Part shown: in pieces, positions 43,806 through 55,379 of the stretch
How positions within the stretch are numbered: position 1 is the stretch's first letter
Layout of the letters: every line of letters begins with the position of its first letter
Origin: Octopus sinensis
Lineage: Eukaryota
DNA: 64,000 nt
Direction: 5' to 3'
Assembly (NCBI RefSeq): GCF_006345805.1
Contig: NW_021836177.1
Span: 13,441 to 77,440, forward strand
Notes under the pieces: generated by a model
The model's input: the letters and a program-made list of their open reading frames with translations, nothing else
Databases searched by the model: none
Told to the model about the DNA's origin: nothing
Translations under genes and position numbers: made by a program

Positions 43806-44066
43806 GGCATATGGCATAGTGGTTAATAGTTCAGGCTACTAACCCCAAGATTCCGAGTTCAGTTCTAGGCAGTGACTTGAATAATAATAATAATAATAAT
43901 AATAATATTAATAATAACATTGAAAAATACCTTTGGAATGAGAACATAGGTTCGAAATTTCCTCAAGACACCTGACAAAGGCTGGAGGGTATATCAGCCG
44001 AAACATTGTGTTAACAACAAACAAGATGAGGACAAATATCCATCAAATGTCAATAATGTAAATAAT
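43806..44066 (+). mobile_element. tRNA-headed SINE-like element with (AAT)n linker and degenerate minimal hammerhead
   Basis: A-box TGGCATAGTGG 43812, B-box GAGTTCAGTTCT 43855, then ACAC-CTGACAA-A-GGCTG...CAGCC-GAAAC-ATT-GTGT at 43968-44011. Confidence 0.55.
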
Positions 44067-44367
44067 GATGATGATCATCTTTTAGTGTCTGTCTCTCATG
44101 TTGTGTGTGTGTTTATGTGTAAATTGTTGGTGTCTGCATTTTATCTTGTGTCCAATAATTTATTTGGCTTCTTGGCTGCTTTTTCCCTCTGCACGTATGT
44201 ATAAATGTGTGTGTGTGTGTTATATATATATATATTATAATATATATATATATATGTGTGTGTGTGTGTATGTATATAATATATGTATATATGTGTGTGT
44301 GTGTGTATGTATATATATAGTATATATGTGTGTGTGTGTGTATATATATATATATGTATATATGTGT

Positions 44368-44416
<49 letters not shown>

Positions 44417-44559
44417 GTATATATATATGTATACCCAGAAAGAGAGTTACTCTTGTCAGACACATTGCACATTCAGATTATGCAGCAGAGATAAGTTAAA
44501 GGTCCTTGTCCCCAGCAACAAAGCTAAATGAGAGCATGCTGCAATCAGTCCCTATTGCT

Positions 44560-45820
44560 TCGTTAATCCATTATCATCAGTACATGATGCATCACTTCCT
44601 TTCTCCTCTCTCCCTGCCTAACTCAACGGATTAACTACCCTTACTGTATTTGTCTACCTAACTTATTTACCTGTATTTGTTTAACATGGCTTTGCATGAA
44701 TGCCGGGATGCAACACCCTCCACTGTTGGTGGTGACAATACCTGATTAACTCCTCTTTACAGGTATCCATACTAACACCTCTGTGCTAATGCCAGCACAA
44801 CACCCATGTCCAGTGGTGTTAGCAAGCGTTACATGAATGATGCAGGATTAAATGCAAGGACAACTGCTAATGACATGCTGGCAGGCAAATGCTAATAACA
44901 ACCTTTTCAGACGCTGATAGCTGCAGCCAATGTAGACACAGCACTGTCAATGTAAGCACATGCAACAAGTATCTCGTCTTATGTGCACCCCCCCCCCCAA
45001 AAAAAACTGCCCCTAGAAGGTCTGTCAAATGAACTGAAGGGCTACTTCTATGACACTCTTCTGCTGGCCACTTCAAAGATAAATGACCATGACCTTCGTG
45101 GTTGGTGATTTCAATGGACGTGTTGGGCAGTACCCAGGTATCTTCCATGGGCTACATGGTGGGACACAGAATTGTGGGAACAAAAACCATAGCCACCATG
45201 TACACCATGGAAGTCCCCTGCGTGTTGTCCAACGTGCCCATTGAAGTCGCCAGCCACAAAGAGAAGGTCCCTGTCATTCATTGACGAGGTAGTCTGCAAG
45301 AGGGTGTCATAAAATCAGTCTTTCTGTTCATCAGGTAGCCCTGGCTGAGGGTCATAAACCGAGATAATGGTTGCTAATCCATGTTGCAGCACTAATCTAA
45401 ACTTAAGTATTCCATCACAGACTCTGACTATCTCGATTACCTTATCAGCCCATTTTTCTGCCCCCGACTCCATCAGTGTTCCCTACTCAGAAAATCTTAT
45501 ACTTATGTTCTTTGCCTGTGAAGAACTTAGCAGAACTTCCTCTCCACCTTCTTGGATGCAGCACAAATCTACATGTCTCTGTTCAAGCATGTTAACAATA
45601 TCACCAGACCTACCTTTCAGTGTGCCGACGTTGAGAGTACTAACTCTGAGGGTGTTGAAGGTATGGGTCCACGAGACCCTGGGATGGGGGACAGCAGCAT
45701 CATGTACCTGAAAAGAAAGCTTGCATTTGGCAGAACCCATAAACATACAATAGTCTTCAACCTGCAACACTACACCTACACCATCATTTTATGCACTACA
45801 TCATCACTACATTACATAGG
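44560..45820 (-). mobile_element. Internally deleted RTE remnant (endonuclease N-terminus plus 3' pieces) in intron 5
   Basis: TLNVGTLKG, LCCIQE and DLLFVAGDFNGH peptides in ORFs 45483..45770 and 45111..45299. Confidence 0.8.
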
Positions 45821-45844
45821 AGATAAACCCTATATATATATAAT

Positions 45845-46285
45845 ATATGTATTTTTTAATAATATATTATTATTATTAATATAAGTAAATCATATCGAAT
45901 TTTCACTAAGATATACCCATATGAAACACCATTTTACAATTTTAATTCAAATTTTTATATAAAAATATCATTCGATACATTATTCAATATTCATATTTTA
46001 TATCTCTGAAGAGGAGAAGGGTTGTCCATAAGTGCTTATCAACATAGGACTTCATTATAGAATCAACCCTTTTGCGAAACGATTGTAAGATGCTTAAAAC
46101 TTAATTCAAAACTTTTAAACTTTCAAATTTATTTTATACATCATATTTATATTTTTTAATATTTATTTATTTATTTATATACATTTTTAATACATAAAGT
46201 CTTTCATATGGGTATATCTTTGTGAAAAATTCGATATTGATTTCCTTATATTAATAATAATAATATATTATTAAAAAATATATGT
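45845..46285. repeat. ~80-bp inverted repeats (45845-45926 / 46202-46285) enclosing the hammerhead
   Basis: Arms differ at only about 3 positions when one is reverse-complemented. Confidence 0.85.
46001..46092 (+). ncRNA. Type I hammerhead ribozyme motif (Penelope/retrozyme-like)
   Basis: Stem I TATCT/AGATG; core CTGAAGA 46006-12; stem II G-GAGAAGGGTTG/CAACCCTTTTG-C; GAAA 46076-79; stem III AC/GT with GATT loop; GTA cleavage triplet ending 46087. Folded by hand. Confidence 0.72.
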
Positions 46286-46389
46286 ATATATCGCTCATAT
46301 TATATATATAAATACTTTAATAGTATTAATATTATTTTATACAATGGAACACTTAATATAAATTCAGTATATAATATTATTGAATATAT

Positions 46390-47601
46390 TGTTACGGTTG
46401 GCTAAGTGCATTTCGGGTTTAATTAGTGTAGTGTTTCTGGTGACCCACATCGTGGATATGATTCCAGCATGTCTGGTGAAAATGTGACAGTCTTTTGTCT
46501 AATGGAGGACTAATGGGTTTTGAATGACCTGTGACCTCGTGCGGCTGAGAAGAGGGTCAGGAGAATGTGAAAGAAAAGGGACAGATTAAGGGCTGAGAGC
46601 AAATAGAGATAGAGTATAAGCAGTAAGGGACGGATGGAGAGGCTAAGAGTCTGGCAGGCGATAGCGATAGAGTAAGAGCAGAGGGCAAATAGAAAGGATA
46701 AGCAGTAAGGGACAGATAGAGAGGCTAAGGGATTGAGGCGATATAGATAGAGTAAGGAATCAGAGAGCAGTTAGAAAGGGTAGGAGCGATATAGACAGAG
46801 GGAGATGAGGGAGTGGAAGTCAGGACAAGGAAGTGAGGTTCTGGCAGTCGGTGAGCGGTCCTCGAAGAAGGCAGTGGGGAGTTGGTCGTCAGGAAGGACG
46901 GATCTGGGCAGTCGTTGAGCGGTCGTCGAGGAACACGGACGGACTCTGGAGGTCAGAGCGAGTGGATGGAACCTTGGATTTAAGGAACAAGCGTTGGAAT
47001 TCTTAGGGGCAAGTTGGATGCGAGAAAGCTTGGCGGCACAGAAGGGAATTAGCAGTATTCAGAGGAATTAGCAGTATTGAGAGGAATGGGACACTGGCAG
47101 ATTCAATTAGGAACTGAGGTATGTGATTTGTGTATTGAACAGTCAAGGACTCTGTCGATGTGGTCGATAAAGGACATTGTGAAGAAGAAGAGTAAAGGAC
47201 TTGTTATTTGTGATGTTTAGAAAAAGAGACTTTAGAGAACTGTGTCTTCGGACGTGTACCTTTGAAATACTGTATATGACTTGTTGCGTCTCCGGACTGA
47301 TATATTGTTACATGATGATGTATTATGTATTGAGTAGTCACGTGCATGCTTTGATGTATCTTGATGTTGTAACATTGTAATTGCTGTATAAACTGTTGTT
47401 TGAATATAAGCCAGTGTTGCCAGTTGTTGCCTTGCCTCTTTGGGTTGTATCTCGGGTTGTGCCTCTGTATCTCTGTGCTGAGGCTGGGGTTGTTGTTGTA
47501 TCTGTATCTCCTCTCTCCGCCTCTTTGGGTTCCGTGGCGGAACTGGTGTGCGAGCCGTTCGGGACGAGCGACGACGGGCGATTCTGCTCCGTTCCGTAAC
47601 A
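46390..47601. mobile_element. Solo LTR (~1.2 kb, probably Ty3/gypsy) in intron 5
   Basis: TGTTACGG...CCGTAACA 8-bp inverted termini with ATAT on both flanks. No gag/pol sequence. Confidence 0.7.
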
Positions 47602-48182
47602 ATATATATATATATGTATTGTATCACCAATTATTATGACACGATACTGTTTACACTATAACCTTGTAGTAACAATAAAACATATTACGGATCAGGGTAA
47701 CAACAACAATCCATACACAAACCAACAAACAATGAAAACAACACCTTATGACTTCCTGCAATTAACACCTACTCTCTCTGGTCTCTCACTCAGACTGCTA
47801 CTATTCATAGTCGTTCAGTCAAGTCTGTTCTTGCATGGGTTCTTGTGACTCTCACCACAACATGTAATCGAGTCCAGGACTTATTCTTTGTAAGCCTAGT
47901 ACTTATTCTGTTGATCCTTTTTGCCAAATCGCTAGCTTACAGGGATGTAAACACACCAGCATTGATTGTTAAGCGATGTTGGGAGGACAAACACAGACAC
48001 ACAAACACACACACACACACATATACGATGGGCTTCTTTCAGTTTTTGTCTACCAAATCCACTCACAAGGCTTTGGTCAGCCCGAGATAATAGTACAAGA
48101 CACTTGCTCAAGGTGCCATGCAGTGGAACTAAACCCGGAATCATGTGGTTTGTAAGCAAGCTATTTACCACAGCCACTCCTG

Positions 48183-48221
<39 letters not shown>

Positions 48222-48561
48222 AAATATATCTATATATATATATATATGTGTTTGTGTGTATCTCACTTCCATAACATTCATGTATATGTGTGTGTATGTA
48301 CAGGAATGTTAAGGATGTGGACACTAACCAACTCACCTGTTTTATGAACCCCTTATTAATATAGCAACATCATAATTCTTCTTTACTAGTTTTGATCTGC
48401 TAATTATATGTCACTCTTGTTCTGCTCCCCTAAATTTACTATAGTGAGAGATAAATATAGATTAGGATGAAAACAATCTGTTTAAGACCTCTTAATAGAT
48501 TATCATGTCCCTTACACATATCCCATGTACATTTTCAATTTCTATTTTTACTTCCACAAAG

Positions 48562-48777
48562 GATTCAGTGAAACTGGATATCGAGAATCATAAGAAATGA
48601 CACCATTGATGGAAGCCGTTTCAGGGTTGGGGCCCACCTCGGAATAATCCATAAACTTATTATAAATGGTGCAACATAAATGCTGTCAACAATGATGGCA
48701 ATAATTGTTTGCACCTCTCAATAATAAAAAAAGAGATGTTCCATTCTGAGGTGGAACCCATTCCCATTTTAGATGAG
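48562..48777 (+). CDS. Coding exon 6, ankyrin repeats (KMTPLMEAVS..GHLGIIHKLIINGANINAVNNDGNNCLHL); internal indels
   Basis: cacaaAG acceptor and GAG|GTAAGT donor. The ankyrin reading needs +1 A at AAGAAATG and at GCAACATA, and correction of a G/C-run segment near 48625-48635. Confidence 0.78.
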
Positions 48778-49816
48778 GTAAGTTTTAAAAGTTGTTTGTG
48801 AATATGTGTGTGTGTGGTTGGCATTAGGAAGGGCATGCAACCGCAGAGACTATGCCAAAACTGGCAATTGGTGCCTGAGCAGCTCTGCAGCTGCCCAGCT
48901 TCTGCCAAACTATCCAACCCATGCCAGCATAGAAAACGAATGTAAAATGATGATGAGGAGGATGTGTGTATGTGTGAATGAGAGAGAGAGAAATAGAGAA
49001 ACAGGCAGACATTGTTTGCTATTTTCTTTCACTCCCATCCACTTCTCTTCCTTTAGTATTAATAATTCAGTTTCTCCTGATAGCACACTAGTTGTATTAT
49101 GTAACTAACAATATTCCATCTTTTTCACCTTCAAAAGCATGGCACTCCCACTGTAAAGAAGGTAACCCATCTTATATGTGTCATGTAAACACTGCCATAA
49201 CTGTATGAAGGAGAGGTGACCAACGACAGAGATAAGTCTTTAAATTTAAGAAAGAGAAATTCACAAACTGTTTTAAATATCGAATTTCAAGTTAAACGAG
49301 TTGAACTGTGTTAATTGCTAGAAAGCATATTTCATTATTCTTTTTCAAAGAAAGGAAAAGGAAAATAAATTCGTTTATGGACAATTAAATTTAAAGAAAA
49401 TATATTCATGGACTTTGAAGAAAGTTTCTTTTATCAGTATGATAATGAATATATAACTGAGTTTATTCAAAGTTGATAATTAGGGTTCCAAATATTGCCA
49501 GGGCTTGGACTTTGTGTGTATATTGACTACAGTAATACCCCTTGCAATGATTGTAATGAAGGGAGATGTGATGAGAATGAATTTACATTAAGATGTGTGC
49601 ACAAAATTGTAATGCCACGAGATTGTATGTATGACGATGTAACTAGACAGATAGTCATAGAGGCCCTTTGTTACCAACAAAGATAGAAGCTCTCTGAACT
49701 TTGCCCTGCTTAATCTTATTCTAGCAGCTATGCTCTTGGCGCATCCACCTCCACTACTGACTTGATTACCTAGATAACAGTAGCTATCACTACTCTAGGT
49801 GCATATATATATAGTG

Positions 49817-49880
<64 letters not shown>

Positions 49881-50893
49881 GTGTGTGTGTGTGTGTGTTT
49901 GTTTTGAAAGACCTCAGCATCTATCCACTGCTAGATCCGATGGTGTCTATTGTCTGTTGTTGCAGAATTTAAGCAACTCTTTGATTCCCAAATATGTGTG
50001 ACTGTATTTCAGACAGTTAATGGTCACCTATGTATTGTTGTAATGTCTTCTTTGGTGAGAAGAAGCTACTCTAGCAGTCAACGACCCATTATTATAGGAA
50101 TTGTCTATCAGACTAACAGTTTCAACAATTTCTTGACTATAATCTGTTGGTGTGTTGCCTCAACCACTACACCAATCCTTACTTCCTTTACTTCACTTCA
50201 TCAGCCAAAAATGTTTCTTTATAAATTTTGGAAACATTATTGATATGCTTGGATATGTCTGTCTGGTGTTGGTTTTGTTGCTGTGTCTGAAGAAATTATT
50301 ATGTTCTTGGTGTTCTCTGTTCATTGTTTGTTGTTATGGAAATGAGTTGTACTTTGTGACCAGTGAAACGTTTCCCAATCAATATTTGGATTATCGAAAT
50401 TACCAGTAGGAAAATATGGGTGACTGCTTTCATAGATGCAGATCTGAAGATGTCAAAAATCTGAGTTTTGATGGCAGTTTTGCAGATGGTAAACAAATTC
50501 AAGTAGGAGTATATATGTTGCTAAAAAATACTACTCTTGTTGCGACCAGTTTAAATCTCCATAAGGAATTACAGAAAATCTGAGTGACCATAGACCATCA
50601 GACGACCCCCATGGTAATTAGAATGGCCTTTGTGTAACAAAATGTAGCTTGCCATTGTTTGTTGTTATGTTGTTGTGTTATATTTATATATACAATACTC
50701 TTCCATAAGTATTTCTTTGTTATGGCCAGTTGGCTTTATCAAGCCAGTTGTAAAGATAGGTTCTTGTTGGTTTGTTGTGTTCTGTTATTTGTGATACTTG
50801 TTCCATTATTTTCCTACATTTGACATGATTTGTTTATCTACATATATATTTGTGTAATATTCTACTCATCGTTTTATATTTCATCATTTGCAG

Positions 50894-51069
50894 TGCTGCA
50901 GAGAGCTCCAACTGGACATGGATAGGAGGCTCTCTGGAATAGTAGTTTTGAGTTACCTTGCCAGCCAAGGAGCCAGCTTATACCATCATAATAATAAGAA
51001 AATGACCCCATTGGACTACATAGAAAATCAACATTTGAAAGAAAAATTAAAAACATTTTTACAATCACT
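50894..51069 (+). CDS. Coding exon 7 (CCRELQLDMDRRLSGIVVLSYLASQGASLYHHNNKKMTPLDY...), last ankyrin-like repeat
   Basis: tttgcAG acceptor, GTAAGT donor, 176 nt, phase 0 to 2, open frame (ORF 50888..51073). Confidence 0.9.
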
Positions 51070-52062
51070 GTAAGTACTCACTGGCAACGACAAGATAAAC
51101 CAGGACATTTTCTCTTTTGTATGTAATCATGTTTATATGTTTATTTAGTTTGAATTCTCCCAATGTATTATTCCGTCATTAGTGTCTTGACTCAAGATAA
51201 CAATAATGATTTCCAATTCTGGCACAAAGCCAGCAAGGTCAGGGAGGGGATAAGTCAATTACAACAGCCCCAGTTTTCAACTGGTACTTATTTTATCAAC
51301 AGCAAGGTAGAGTCAACCGCAGCTGAATTTGAACTCAGCATGTAAAGGCAGACGAAATGCCAGAAAGCATTTTCTCCGTGTGCTAATGATTCTGCCAGCT
51401 TGCAGCCTTAAGACCACACAACAATAATAAGAACAATAAACAGAAAATACAGTTGTTAGTGGATCAAACGAAAAACACTATTTTGATGACATTCACATGA
51501 TTGCTTGTGTTGACAGATATACCTCACCATCCACCCCTGACTATTTTAGAGTTCGGTGACCTCCATGAAAATGTAGTACTAAATAATAAAGTGAATGAAC
51601 ACATTTTGAAATTGCTATTTAGAAGTAAATAGGATTTATCTGTCTACCAACAATTTTTTTCTCTCTCTCTCTTCTCTGACTCAATTAGTTGTCATGTACG
51701 CTTTCATGTGAAAATAACCTAAAACACACACTAACAATGTGTATGTCATCATCATCATCATCATTTAACGTCTGTTGTCCATGCTGGCATGGATTGGTCT
51801 GTTTGACTGGGATGGCATGTTGGAAGGCTGCACCTTAGTCAGCCTTTGAAGTTTTCAGCCCAACCTTGTATGTGTATGTTAATGTGACACTTGTATACTC
51901 ACAAACCTGCTTGTATGTAATTGTTTACAGAAGAATTTACGATGTACTCTTGCTGGTTACTGTTGTGCCCCTTAATATTCTGTACTCTAAACATGTCCAC
52001 AACGAAATATTTTATTATAAATGAATGTTAATGATGGGATGTGTTAATATTTTGTTCCACAG

Positions 52063-52200
52063 GTGTCGGTGGTGTCAAGAAAAAAGGCTACTGTCACACT
52101 CCATCCATGTCAACATACCGTTACTTGTCAGAATTGCTGTTCTCAATGACATTTAAGCAATGCCCCATATGTCATCAACACATACACCGGAAGTGGATTT
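52063..52200 (+). CDS. Coding exon 8, RING finger (CRWC...PCQH...CQNC...CPIC); indels as assembled
   Basis: ttccacAG acceptor and GTAAG donor. The C3HC4 ligand spacing appears after adding one A in the A-run at ~52080 and one at CAATG ~52146. The 3' end needs a further indel correction to give phase 1. Confidence 0.82.
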
Positions 52201-53048
52201 GTAAGAACATTCTTTCTTGATCTGTCTGTTGTCTCATTAACTTTCTGGTATGGAATAATGCATTTCATATTGTAGTGGAGACATGCAACTCCTTGTTTGT
52301 AACTATATATTATGAACACTTGTTATAATGTTTGCCATCCTTTTAGACATTTTATACTCACACTCGTTAGTTTTTAGATGTGATTAATGCTAAAAGAGAC
52401 ATTGTTTTCTGACTCTTTCACCTTTTGGCTTTACTTTTGAGTTGATTCGTTTTAATTCGAACATGAAGCCTGGTCATTGCTCCAAGGTGGTATCAGAAAG
52501 TTCACGGACTAGTTCTGTAGCATGCCAACAGATGGCTGCACACCGTTGCGCGCACAGTGAGAGCTAGCAATGACTTTCATGAGGCAGTGTGCTGGGTGAC
52601 ACCACTGCGTTTACTTCAAAAGTTGTGAAATTTGTGCTTTTGTGGTCATTTGTAGGCTGTAGTCTGCAATTTTCTAATGGGCAGGAACAAATAACCAATG
52701 TGAAATTTTGCGTTAAACTTGTCCAGCAAAGACATAAGAAAGAAACAACAAAACTAAAAGAAAAAGAGTGTTATGAAGTGATAACTGAATGAGAGAATTT
52801 CAGAATTGTTAGATTAGTATATAGGATGTCTTAAGAGAAAGATGAGATTTAGAAAGGTTTGCCTATTTTGTTGTGGTTCTAAATATTGAACTATTATTTA
52901 GTAACAGCTTAGAAAGTGTTGACCGAAAGCATAGTGGTCACCAATTGACTATTGATGATATGAATGCCTTACAATAATGGAATATAGATTATTAAAAGAG
53001 ACAAAGAAATTTTACTATGAAGTATAAACTTTGAAATGCTTATTTCAG

Positions 53049-53099
53049 TGTGTCCAAAGTCTGAAGAAGAAGCAGCAAAGGCAGTTGCAGAGTCTGTTG
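53049..53099 (+). CDS. Cassette exon 9 (CPKSEEEAAKAVAESV), phase 1-1, paralogue of exon 12
   Basis: atttcAG acceptor, GTTG|GTGAGT donor, 51 nt, open. Confidence 0.65.
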
Positions 53100-53214
53100 G
53101 TGAGTATAAAATAACTGTAATTGATTTCTATAAATTTTACCTTCACCTGAGTTATATTATTTGTGTGAGTGTCTGAGAACAGGTTCCATTCCTAATTTCC
53201 AATTCTTATTTCAG

Positions 53215-53263
53215 TGTGTCCAAAGTCTGAAGAAAAGCACCCGGGCGGTTGTAGAATCTGTTG
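53215..53263 (+). pseudogene. Cassette exon 10, tandem copy of exon 9, 2 nt short (pseudo-exon or assembly error)
   Basis: First 20 nt identical to exon 9, same splice sites, 49 nt so not frame-preserving. Confidence 0.5.
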
Positions 53264-53278
53264 GTGAGTATAAAATAA

Positions 53279-53515
53279 CTGTAATTGATTTCTATAAATT
53301 TTACTTTCACCTGAGATATATTGTTTTTTTGAATGACTGTATTGATTTTCCTATAACTTTTACTGTTCACCTGAGATATATTGTTTTTTGTGAATGACTG
53401 TAATTGATTTCTATAAATTTTACTTTCACCTGAGATATATTGTTTTTGTGAATGACTGTAATTGATTTCTAAAATTTTACTTTCACCTGAGATATATTGT
53501 TTTTTGTGATGACTG
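53279..53515. repeat. ~59-bp minisatellite, 4 copies, derived from intron sequence just downstream of the exon 9/10 donors
   Basis: Units start CTGTAATTGATT at about 53279, 53337, 53398 and 53456. Confidence 0.85.
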
Positions 53516-53852
53516 AGAACATTGTAGGAAAGAGAAGACACAATGAAGAAAAACAGTGTTATCAAGTGATAATTGAATGAGATATTCGCAGAAATTTAGA
53601 TTATGTAGGCTGTCTTAATAGAGAGAGAAAAGGGGAGGAATTTAGGAAGGTTAGTCTATTTTGTGTGTCCCTGAATATTGAGCTTTAACATAGTATCACG
53701 GTAGAAAGTATTAAAATATTAGCCAAACCATAGTGGTCACCAGTTGACCATTGATAATAGGAATGCCTGACAATAATAAAATATAGACTATTAAGAAAAA
53801 TAATTTAAAAAAATTTAACTATACATTGTAAACTTTTAAATATTTATTTCAG

Positions 53853-53923
53853 AGAGTTTATTTTGGAGGAAACCGCTTCCATAGCACATCGAAGAAAAGT
53901 GGCAGTTAAGCAACAGCAAGTTG
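53853..53923 (+). CDS. Cassette exon 11 (EFILEETASIAHRRKVAVKQQQV), paralogue of exon 12, 1 nt short
   Basis: tatttcAG acceptor, CAGCAAGTTG|GTGAGT donor identical to exon 12, 71 nt versus 72 nt. Confidence 0.5.
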
Positions 53924-54779
53924 GTGAGTATAAAATAAGTCCGTAAGTGATTTCAAATTAGTTTTACTTCACTTGAGCATATTTTGTTTTTCAGAAGGAC
54001 TGAGAACAGGTTCCATTCTTAATTTTCAATTAATAATTCTTTTGAAGAAATTGCTGAAATTTAAGAGAATGCCCACCAAGGTTAGAACAGACAAAAGTTA
54101 ATGATGTCTTTTGGAATAGAGAACTAAAATATGTTATTTGGTTGGGGGTGAACAAGTGCTTTAACGACAAGGCTTTCGTTTTGCATTTATACTGTGTTTA
54201 CTAATAAGTTGTTGTTTTAGCAGGAGTCTCTCATAATCTGGCAGACTTACAATGAAATGCATTCCCAGTGTCAACATCCTGTCTTTTTGTCACTGATAGG
54301 AAATCTATCATTACATCCATTAAACACATTGTCTTTATCGAAGTAGAAAACACTGGCTTGCTACTGAGATAACCATTGCTTCTTTGTTGTTTTTCTCTCT
54401 CTCTCGCTTTCTCTTTTTGATATATACTAGATGCAAGATACAATAAATGACATTGTCCTCATCATTTATCATCAGATAAATGTTCCTGTGGAATGGATGG
54501 TGGAGGGTGGGGGTGGGTCACTGTCCAAGTCAGTTCTTATTAGCAGTTACTGTCCACCTTCATTGGTTGAGGATCATGTCCCACTAAAACATTCCAGCTT
54601 TCCTATGATGGTCTACCCTTCCTAACACCATCCACTTTATAAAGGATCCTGGGTACATTTTATTGTGGCACAAATACAAGAAAGATTGTTATGTATTCAA
54701 CAAAATTAAACATTCCTCTCGAACTTATGCAAAGAAATATCAGACATGTTGAAAGAGGAAAGGAAAGTAAATGAATTAG

Positions 54780-55342
54780 AGAGCACTCGTTAAGAAACCT
54801 TATGAGGTTACTCGGAAGCTGTTTGCAGATGCTAAGAGTGGCAGGATAAAATGTAATAAATGAAATCCAACTTAGGTATGGTTAGTGGTCAGTAGGATAG
54901 CTAGAAAAGCATTTTTAGCTATCCCTACTGACCACAATTATATATATATTTAACTTTTTGTTTTATTATTTACTAATTTGAAATTTCACCAGTTACAATC
55001 TGCTTTATTTTTGCAGCTATTAATCTTGTCCATTTCTGCTGCAAGGTGATGAGTAAGTACCAGTGTGTTACTGGGATTGATGTAATCAATTAGTCCCTCC
55101 TCTGTAATTGCTGGCCTTGTACCAAAATTTGAAACCAATATTACCCATCCCCGTTCAACTGTCTTCAATTCGCACACTGCTACATGAAACCACAACATGC
55201 CATTACGGGTTTATTTCTGCTAGTTATAGGCCTGAATGTCCATGTTAGCTAACTGCAGGTTACTCTCATGGTCAGATGATTAACCTTGGCCATTACATTG
55301 TATTGTTTAAAAAGAAACAATGTTTTAGTAGTTGAATTAAGC

Positions 55343-55379
<37 letters not shown>

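Noticed and set aside
47204-47630. 132-aa minus-strand ORFs as gag
   Set aside because: They lie wholly within the solo LTR termini and have no CCHC or capsid motif.
49930-50760. Possible Penelope GIY-YIG remnant in intron 6
   Set aside because: The sequence looks repeat-like, but I could not read a convincing GIY-YIG or RT motif in any frame.
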